Shown: positions 7,847-15,032 of the stretch, in pieces
Layout: each line of letters begins with the position of its first letter
Position numbering within the stretch: position 1 is the stretch's first letter
Source: Nitrososphaeraceae archaeon
Lineage (GTDB): Archaea; Thermoproteota; Nitrososphaeria; Nitrososphaerales; Nitrososphaeraceae
Length of the DNA: 15,032 nt
Reading direction: 5' to 3'
Assembly (NCBI GenBank): GCA_035297365.1
Contig: DATGZA010000061.1
Location: 1-15,032 of the forward strand
Translations under genes and position numbers: made by a program
Notes under the pieces: generated by a model
The model's database searches: none
What the model saw: the letters and a program-made list of their open reading frames with translations, nothing else
What the model was told of the DNA's origin: nothing

Positions 7847-8090
7847 TTATGATTCACATTCTACACTATCTTCATCACGATAAACAACGTGCGGGTCTGG
7901 AGACAAAATTGTAAATTTTTATATAAAATATCAACACAATTCAAGTTTTGTGATGGAGTGGGCATATACTCATCTTGATATGAAGAATCGCAGTCCTTCA
8001 ATTGGGCTTCTGTTTTAATAGAAAAAGAAAAGAATTGTTGAACTCGTAACGAGTGTGATCATCAAACTGAAGTAATTTCTATTATTACAT
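7847..8090 (-). pseudogene. Excalibur-like extracellular Ca-binding domain protein pseudogene
   Basis: From 7992: CDSSYQDEYMPTPSQNLNCVDILYKN/(frameshift ~7913)TILSPDPHVVYRDEDSVECES*. This matches the CDPSYP..CIPPPPPDLDC.DI...NF.V...DPH.FD.D.DG.GCE pattern. A hydrophobic segment (LMITLVTSSTILFFF) lies upstream in another frame. 5' boundary approximate. Confidence 0.78.
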
Positions 8091-8208
8091 TTATAGTTGT
8101 TATTATGGAAGCACAGAAGTAGTTTTAAAAACTATTCTAACTTAGACATAAAATGAATAATTTTAATTGTTAGTAAATAAATATCTCTAGCTTCTAATAA
8201 TAATATAA

Positions 8209-9072
8209 TTGAAGATATCTGCTATTGTTTCTGATTACGATGGAACTATCTGCCCTACTAGTTCAATTTATTCAAAAGTTAATCCTATACCCGAAGACCT
8301 TTATTCGATCCTCTTAAAAATTTCAAGCAAAATTCCTGTTTGCATTCTCTCAAGTAAACCGTTTGATTTTTTAGTCACTAGCTGTACTTTTGCTAAAATT
8401 ATATCTTGTATTCTTGGAATAGAGACAATTGTTTTTTCAGAAAAAAGTGATCTAAAAAAAATCGGGTTATCAACTAGTCATCTTTTGGATGACTACACTA
8501 CAAGTTTTTATATTTACGATAAAGAAAAATTGTTATCGAATTCTCCCATTCTCGAAGATCTTTCCGTTCGTGTAATGGCTAGATTTAGTGATCTTAGGAT
8601 TGAAAAGAAATATACATTTAAAGAAAATGTTCTAGCCGGTTTAACATTCGACTATAGACATCTGCTAAAATGGGAAAATTACAAAAGTAACATCGAGCCT
8701 ATTATATTAAACAGAATTAATGAATATATCAAGAATAATTCATTATATTTAAACGACATTAATGTAAAGACATATACCAGTCATCCTTTTATCGATATAT
8801 ACTCTACTAAATTCGACAAAGGTAAGGCTTTAGATAAAATTAGACAGATATTGAATTTTGATAATAATGAAAAAATTCTATACTTAGGAGATTCCGAAAA
8901 TGATGATCCTGCATTTTTGAAAGCTGACCTTTCAATAAATATACATTCAGATGAAAGAATTAATACTGAATTAAAGGCACATTATGGGCTTGAATTTAAT
9001 GAATTAACAAATTTTCTCACTCGCTTGCACGATCTCGATTTTCATTTTTCAAACATGTTAACTATGAGCTAG
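8209..9072 (+). CDS. HAD-superfamily subclass IIB hydrolase (trehalose-6-phosphate phosphatase-like sugar phosphatase)
   Basis: Motif I SDYDGT, motif II ILSS, a cap domain, motif III DKGKAL and motif IV YLGDSENDDPAF. Substrate cannot be determined from sequence. Confidence 0.88.
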   Translation: MKISAIVSDYDGTICPTSSIYSKVNPIPEDLYSILLKISSKIPVCILSSKPFDFLVTSCTFAKIISCILGIETIVFSEKSDLKKIGLSTSHLLDDYTTSFYIYDKEKLLSNSPILEDLSVRVMARFSDLRIEKKYTFKENVLAGLTFDYRHLLKWENYKSNIEPIILNRINEYIKNNSLYLNDINVKTYTSHPFIDIYSTKFDKGKALDKIRQILNFDNNEKILYLGDSENDDPAFLKADLSINIHSDERINTELKAHYGLEFNELTNFLTRLHDLDFHFSNMLTMS

Positions 9073-9104
9073 TTTTCAATTTATTTTTAAAAATTATATT
9101 ATTA

Positions 9105-10062
9105 TACTCTATTGCATTATTCATTAATTTGCTGATAATAATATACGTTTGTAGCATCTTATGTTATCTAGGCAAAAAAGTTGAAGGCTGATACCTTAAG
9201 TATCATTTCTTTTACTACATCTAGGATCTAATAGAAGAAACATATTCTTCAAACACCGTACTGATACAGGAAATGATAGTCTTTGCCATCTGTCTCACCA
9301 TATCTAACAACCTTCCTTCCATTTATCAAGGTTATCTTTCTGGATATTTACATTATTGTTTCTCCGATAGTGATTGATCATTGTACAATTGAAGTACTTT
9401 GTTGCTGGTTTGATTCCTTTAAATGTGAGTATGTTACGAATGTTGGTAATGTCATAGCAACCCTCAGCAAATGCTAATATTTGTTATTTTATTCTGCTTT
9501 ATTGTTAAATCATCCACCAGTTCAGTTAGTACTTTCCATCATGAACCATTCATTGGTTACTTGAAAAGATGGGATTCTCTTCTTTTTTATGTCAAATGGT
9601 ATCTCCATATTTTAGAAATTCTTTCTTAATATTTTATCTTTGACGTATCCATTCTCATCGGTTGATTGGTTCATTTCAATAGAATTAATTGCTATTACAA
9701 AATCATCATCGTATATTTTTGTTATCTCCACTGATTTTGTTATTCAATCAGTTTATTCGTCTGATTATATTGCTATTTCAGGAATTGATGATCCCCTATT
9801 TGCAGCATGAGATCTTACTCCAAATACATTTTGTCTATGCGGCAAATGAAAACAGGTTATCATGTAACCCAATTTCTCGGTTAATGAATCTCGACATATT
9901 ACCATCCTCTAATTCGGTATTCCTATTGTCAATAATACACAAAGCAAGTAGTATTTCTGTTTTCTTTCCAAGAGATTCTTTGTATTTCTTTCGATTATAA
10001 CCTATTATGACCATAAGAGGTTAGCTAAATATGTTAGGAATTATGATTTAGGCAACAAGACA
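9105..10062 (-). mobile_element. Heavily degraded IS5-family (IS903-like) element; transposase pseudogene ~9159-10014
   Basis: Minus-strand fragments in order: YKESLGKKTEILL...DNRNTELE; LGYMITCFHLPHRQ...SIPE; SNIIRRIN*L; DDFVIAINSIE (cf. IAIDSTG); NR*EWIRQR*NIKKEFLK; DIKKKRI...VTNE.VHDGK.LTELVDD; AFAEGCYD (cf. ADGAYD); GIKPATK; KWKE.VRYG; KTIISCI..VFEEYVSSI; KEMILKVSAFN. The left end TGTCTTGTTGCCTAAATC (10062-10045, minus) resembles the IS903 IR GGCTTTGTTGAATAAATC as I recall it. A degenerate partner ACTCTATTGCATTA lies at 9106-9119. No target-site duplication seen. Confidence 0.85.
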
Positions 10063-10443
10063 CTTTATCGTGTAATCATTTTTTATAGTTGACGATCTGA
10101 TAATCATGTCTTATATTTCGAACCTATGTAGATTTTAGCCTATTATTTTATTGAAGTGATATACATTCTCATTAAAAGGATCTTAATATAGCTACAAAAA
10201 TAGGAACCAGCACTTCCAATGTTTATATCTAATGCTAGGATCAATTTGTTATTTTTGATGATCTAACGAATAGGTAATACAAAAAAATATTCTTAGACTG
10301 ATATGACTTCAAAATCCGAATTCTTAACAAACACAATTAAATATAATCAAATTAAAAGATGTTTTGACCTAAAATATTAAATTATATCTACTATCAGAAC
10401 TTGGTTACTATATATAACAATTGATATAGCTAATTACTCAGTT

Positions 10444-12006
10444 GTGACTGAAAATAATCTTGGAGGCACCAATGAAGATAGGAAACAACAAGAATATTAT
10501 ATTAAAAATAAGAAACGAGAACAATCTTATAGGGAAAAAAATCGTATAGTAATTACTTCAATAATAGCTTCGTCTTGTTTAGCAATTATAAAATTCGTTA
10601 TCGGCTTTTCTACAAACAGTCTTGGAATACTATCCGAAGCACTGCATTCGGGATTGGATGTCTTTGCTGCATTCATGACTCTATATGCAATTAGAGCAGT
10701 AATCAAACCACCAGATCTAAAATTCACGTACGGTTATGCTAAAATCGAGAGTATTTCAAGTTTGACTGAAATCTTGCTTCTGTTACTTGTAGCTGGATGG
10801 ATATTTTACGAAGGAATAGAGAGGATGTTCTTCAGGAATGTAGAACCAGAAATTACAATTTTTTCCTTCTTAATAATGCTTATCTCCATAGCAGTAGATT
10901 ATGGGAGATCAAGGGCATTATTCCGAGTAGCGAGAAAGTACGGTAGTCAAGCAATAGAAGCTGATGCCCTCCATTTTAAAGCAGACATGATCTCATCTGC
11001 CATAATTATTGTAGGACTAGCAAGTGTATTATTCTTACATATCCCAAATGCTGATTCCTATGCAGCAATAATTATTGCTGGAATGATACTGTATACCTCA
11101 CTTGGACTAGGAAAGCGAACTCTTGATGTTCTTTTAGATAAAGCGCCAAAAGGATTCAATCACGTTGTCATGGAATCTATATCTGGATTAGAGGGTGTTA
11201 ATATGGCGCATGATTTACGGATACGAAGTGTTGGCTCAACTATGTTTATTGACCTACACATAGAAGTTCCAAGGACTAGCACCCATGACAAAGCACATAA
11301 GATAGCTACAAACGTGGAACAGAAGATCAGACAGGCTATCCCAAATGCAGATGTTCTCGTTCATGTAGATGCTACAGAATCAGAGTCTGAAACTATTTCT
11401 GACAGGATAAGATTGATTGCAGCCGAGACTGAAGGAATTAAGAATATTCATTCAATATACTTATCCAAACTCGCAAGAGATTCAGGTGAATTTAAAAAAA
11501 ATAGTGACACTTCCAAGTATAATGATGATCAGTCGTACAAGTCTCACGCAGAAACGCCAAATAAAACAACTAAATCATCACTTCACTTGTATCTGGATGT
11601 TCAGGTTGATAACCGTCTTGATCTCAAAACTGCACATGATATCGTTGAGTCTTTTGAAAAAATGGTAAAGGATGAAATACAAGAAATTGAAAATATCACA
11701 TCGCACATAGAAATTGATACTAGTGAAGACATTAAAACTATGGGAGTTGAGAAAAGGGTTGCTGAATCTTATATGGAGAAAATAAAAAAATTATGTCTTG
11801 AAGTACAAGGTGTAGTAGACTGCAAAGATGTAGGTATAGTAGATATGAACGGAAATCAACACGTCACGCTGACTATACTCATTAAATTTTCCAAAACCTC
11901 GAAAATATCTTTACAGGAAGCTCACGAAATAGCAACGAGTGTTCAAGAAAGGATAATAAAAGAAACAAACGCGACTAGAGTAGTTGTTCATACAGAGCCA
12001 ATTTGA
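10444..12006 (+). CDS. Cation diffusion facilitator (FieF/YiiP-like) with three tandem C-terminal dimerisation domains
   Basis: About six TM segments, CDF signature SLGILSEALHSGLD...PPD...TYGYAKIE, and TM5 ADALHFKAD. It is followed by three repeats of the GV/GI...AH.I....E...H.(E/D) cytoplasmic domain. Confidence 0.93.
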   Translation: MTENNLGGTNEDRKQQEYYIKNKKREQSYREKNRIVITSIIASSCLAIIKFVIGFSTNSLGILSEALHSGLDVFAAFMTLYAIRAVIKPPDLKFTYGYAKIESISSLTEILLLLLVAGWIFYEGIERMFFRNVEPEITIFSFLIMLISIAVDYGRSRALFRVARKYGSQAIEADALHFKADMISSAIIIVGLASVLFLHIPNADSYAAIIIAGMILYTSLGLGKRTLDVLLDKAPKGFNHVVMESISGLEGVNMAHDLRIRSVGSTMFIDLHIEVPRTSTHDKAHKIATNVEQKIRQAIPNADVLVHVDATESESETISDRIRLIAAETEGIKNIHSIYLSKLARDSGEFKKNSDTSKYNDDQSYKSHAETPNKTTKSSLHLYLDVQVDNRLDLKTAHDIVESFEKMVKDEIQEIENITSHIEIDTSEDIKTMGVEKRVAESYMEKIKKLCLEVQGVVDCKDVGIVDMNGNQHVTLTILIKFSKTSKISLQEAHEIATSVQERIIKETNATRVVVHTEPI

Positions 12007-12178
12007 ACACTAGAAGAAATTTTACTAGATAATCAGATTCTGTAAATATCGCGGCTTTTATTTGATACAAATAATTTTACAATAGATTAAATTATTTATC
12101 TGTTCTTAAAAATCTAGTTTAATTGAATATTCAAAAACATTAATTATCTAGTTTAGTTAATATTATTTAATTCACTAA

Positions 12179-13129
12179 TTGGTTGTAAAATCTAAGAAGG
12201 CTGTCTATGCTGCATTATTAGGTAACCTCGGAATCGCCATATCAAAACTCCTAGCTGCCATTTTTACTGGAAGTAGTGCCATGTGGGCGGAAACTTATCA
12301 TTCGTTCTCAGATACAATTAATCAAGTCTTGCTCTTAATTGGCATTAAGAGCAGTTCTAGACCGGCAAGCGAACGACATCCTTTTGGATACGGTAAAGAA
12401 CAATTTTTTTGGTCATTTCTTGTGTCCACAATGATTTTTGGTATATCTGGCGTTTTATCTCTTCAACAAGGATTAGAGAGTTTACTAGGTAAACCTCACA
12501 TAATAGAAAATGTAGAAATTAATTATATCATTTTGGCGATTTCAGCTATTTTTGAATTAAACGCTCTAAGAATAGCTTTTGTTATTTTTAGCAAAAATAT
12601 ACATGCCCGTGGACAAAAATTAACGATTAAAACAATTCTGAATGAATTTCGCGAAAGTAAGGATCCTACCATCCTTACTGTTTTAGTGGAAGATTCTGCA
12701 GCGTTATTAGGTATTGCTATAGCCGCAATAGGTATTTCGCTATCTCATTTGACAGGAAACGTATTATATGATTCAATTAGTTCATTAATAATTGGTTTCG
12801 TATTGATGGGCTTCGCGTTCTTTCTTGCAAAAGAGAATAAAGCCTTACTTATTGGAGAAGCTATCTCAAAAAAGGATTCTAACAGAATTATAAAATCGAT
12901 CTTGACTTTATCTGAGGTGAATAGGGTTATCACCATGCGTACCATGCACCTAGGTCCTGAAGATGTTATAGTCGCTATAGAAGTAAGCATAGTGGATAAC
13001 CTGCTAACTGATAATATTGAAATTCTAATTGACAAGATTGAACAGAAGGTAATAGAAGTTATTCCTTATGTTAATCCATCTAAAATATATGTCGAACTTC
13101 AAGATGATAAAAGCCTAACCAGATTATAG
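12179..13129 (+). CDS. Cation diffusion facilitator, EDxxA (ZnT9-like) subtype
   Basis: TGSSAMWAETYHSFSDT.NQ, HPFGYGKE.FFW, DPT..TVLVEDSAA, LLIGE and RTMHLGPEDV. Confidence 0.93.
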   Translation: MVVKSKKAVYAALLGNLGIAISKLLAAIFTGSSAMWAETYHSFSDTINQVLLLIGIKSSSRPASERHPFGYGKEQFFWSFLVSTMIFGISGVLSLQQGLESLLGKPHIIENVEINYIILAISAIFELNALRIAFVIFSKNIHARGQKLTIKTILNEFRESKDPTILTVLVEDSAALLGIAIAAIGISLSHLTGNVLYDSISSLIIGFVLMGFAFFLAKENKALLIGEAISKKDSNRIIKSILTLSEVNRVITMRTMHLGPEDVIVAIEVSIVDNLLTDNIEILIDKIEQKVIEVIPYVNPSKIYVELQDDKSLTRL

Positions 13130-13292
13130 TTATTAAATAGATAAATTCATGGCTATAAAATTAAGTCATCCTTTCTATTTAATGTGTAAGGCATCCCAAT
13201 TTCTCTAATCAATTTGCAATATAATAACACCAGTCCATATTCATATAAAGATTTAGCAATTACTTTCGTATGTGAAATAGTTTTAAAATGAA

Positions 13293-13685
13293 TTATTTAT
13301 TCATATTAGTATTAAAGGTTATGGACAATATTACAAGATTAATTTTTCTCAACTTGTAGACAATTTTTAGTATTGGTGACACTAAACTATATTTTTTGTC
13401 AAATAATGAATTGATCTCATTATATCTAGATTTATCTTGAAAATTCGCTATTCCTGTATATGTTTGCCCTTTGATATTTCCCCTAATATCGCAAATCGAT
13501 GCCTTTATATTGTTATTGTTCCTAATTCTCTTGACCTTTCCAGAATCTGCATCAGATCTAAAAAATATTTCATTGTTTTTTAATACAAACCAGACGGGAG
13601 TAGAAACTATTTCTCCATTCTTTTTAAATGTTTGTAAATTAATATATTTTTTATCATAAAATCCTTCAAAAATATTTTTCACCAT
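13293..13685 (-). CDS. PPOX-class (split beta-barrel) putative F420-dependent oxidoreductase
   Basis: YINLQTFKKNGEIVSTPVWF, SGKVKRIRNN..I....CD.RG and L..KY; the pattern of the Rv2061-like PPOX class. Confidence 0.88.
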   Translation of the reverse strand: MVKNIFEGFYDKKYINLQTFKKNGEIVSTPVWFVLKNNEIFFRSDADSGKVKRIRNNNNIKASICDIRGNIKGQTYTGIANFQDKSRYNEINSLFDKKYSLVSPILKIVYKLRKINLVILSITFNTNMNK

Positions 13686-13959
13686 TTGATTCTGTTTATA
13701 TATACTGATTCATTGTATTTATTTATTATTTATAAATCAAATATATATTTATTTACTGATCATTATTTCGAGTAATTTACGTTATGTCTATTTTTATTAA
13801 ATGTGTCTAAATAAGAATTAAATTTTATCTCTCTATACATTGTAAATTCTATATCATTTACTTTGATTATATCTATGCATCTTGTAATTACTTTTTTTAC
13901 TACTACACTAATAATATAGGTTAATATTAACATTAAAAGAATATTAGGAAATTGTAATT

Positions 13960-14862
13960 ATGAAGATAACAATAATCTCAAATATTGCTTTGGATAGGAT
14001 AATTAATCAAGATGGACATATTATTGACAGTCTGGGAGGACCTCCCTGCTATTGTGGTCTTACCTCCAAACAATTTGGGTTTAAAGTTGAATTAGTTACT
14101 AAGTTCGGAAAAGACCTCAAAGGCGAACATCTATCATTTTTTAAAGAAAATGATCTTGACATCCATAAAAATATTTTTTCTGAAAAACCTACCACTAGGT
14201 TCACTATAAAAATTATGGAAAAAGGTAGAGAGATATCCTTATTTGCAAAAGGTGAATCCATTTCACTATCTGATGTTGAAAATATCAAAACGGATTGTTG
14301 GCTTATAAGTCCAATATTGGATGAGGTTCCAGAAGAAGTTTTGAATTACGTTATTCATAAAGATGATAAATTTGTAATGCTAGACCCTCAAGGCTACACA
14401 CGTCATGTCGGTAATGGGGGAAGGATTTTAACCAGAAAAGGATTAGATTTTTCTCTTCAAGATATCGATGCAATAAAATTAGATCCAGATGAGCTTGAGT
14501 GTGTTTCTGGAACTATAGATTTCAATGAAGCACAAAAATGGAAATTAAAAAATAAGATAAAATTTCTGATTTTCACCGAAAATAAAACTGTTCATATGTT
14601 ACATAATGATAAACACTATTGGCTTGGTATTGATGATGTCAGAACTAAAGACTCCACTGGTGCGGGTGATATTTTGTCTTCTGCATTTACTTGTTCTTAT
14701 GTCAAAGAAAATGATTACTTATGGGCTTTGAGTTTCGGTGTAGGCGCATTGATGGCATCTCTAAAGACAAATAAGAATGGAACTGAAAAAATACCTTTAT
14801 ATAAACATATAGAACAGAACGCTTCATATAATTACAATTTAATAAAATATGAAAATATTTGA
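13960..14862 (+). CDS. PfkB/ribokinase-family carbohydrate kinase
   Basis: N-terminal GGPPCY, TTRF, MLDPQG and the C-terminal anion-hole motif DSTGAGD. Confidence 0.9.
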   Translation: MKITIISNIALDRIINQDGHIIDSLGGPPCYCGLTSKQFGFKVELVTKFGKDLKGEHLSFFKENDLDIHKNIFSEKPTTRFTIKIMEKGREISLFAKGESISLSDVENIKTDCWLISPILDEVPEEVLNYVIHKDDKFVMLDPQGYTRHVGNGGRILTRKGLDFSLQDIDAIKLDPDELECVSGTIDFNEAQKWKLKNKIKFLIFTENKTVHMLHNDKHYWLGIDDVRTKDSTGAGDILSSAFTCSYVKENDYLWALSFGVGALMASLKTNKNGTEKIPLYKHIEQNASYNYNLIKYENI

Positions 14863-14948
14863 TGATGGAAAATTGAATGTACTTAAAAATACAATCATAT
14901 TGATTTACATTAAAACTACTGAACTAAGAATAACCAAAGTCATTTTTA

Positions 14949-15032
14949 AACTATTTCTGACGTAACTATTTCTGACGTAACTATTTCTGACGTAACTATT
15001 TCTGACGTAACTATTTCTGACGTAACTATTTC
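14949..15032. repeat. Perfect 15-bp tandem repeat (>=5.6 copies) running off the window end
   Basis: AACTATTTCTGACGT repeated without mismatches or spacers. Confidence 0.97.

Noticed and set aside
9283-10000. + strand ORFs 9283-9477 and 9689-10000
   Set aside because: Antisense shadows of the IS5 transposase relic, with no recognisable motifs.
757-14288. Other overlapping short ORFs (757, 1366, 3226, 10527, 11417, 12745, 13471, 14049)
   Set aside because: They lie within or opposite well-supported genes and have no independent motifs.
13274-14957. 17/18-bp inverted match (GAAATAGTTTTAAAATGA at 13274-13291 versus 14940-14957) flanking the PPOX and PfkB genes, as an invertible or mobile cassette
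   Set aside because: Very AT-rich, so such a match is plausible by chance in 15 kb. No recombinase or target duplication is present.
14949-15032. CRISPR array
   Set aside because: Units are 15 bp and contiguous, with no unique spacers and no cas genes in the window.

Overview
This is a very AT-rich archaeal window with long intergenic tracts. Gene families, composition and IS types are most consistent with an ammonia-oxidising Nitrososphaeraceae archaeon such as Ca. Nitrosocosmicus; this is an inference from recalled family resemblances, not a search result. It starts inside a decayed IS3-family transposase and ends in a perfect 15-bp tandem repeat, so it probably spans a whole contig. Intact genes: a MinD/ParA-type ATPase, a crotonase paralog with Gln at the first catalytic Glu position, two tandem secreted RTX-like Ca-binding proteins, a 47-aa CxxC/CxxC zinc-ribbon microprotein missed by the ORF track, a HAD-IIB phosphatase, two tandem CDF metal transporters, a PPOX-class F420/flavin-binding protein and a PfkB kinase. 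Manual six-frame translation shows that much apparently intergenic DNA is decayed genes: a third RTX-like gene, a split HxxxxCP protein, a thermonuclease (SNase), an Excalibur-like Ca-binding protein and a near full-length IS5 (IS903-like) element. The most notable pattern is a ~4 kb cluster (4289-8090) of five predicted exported Ca2+-dependent proteins, three of them now pseudogenes.
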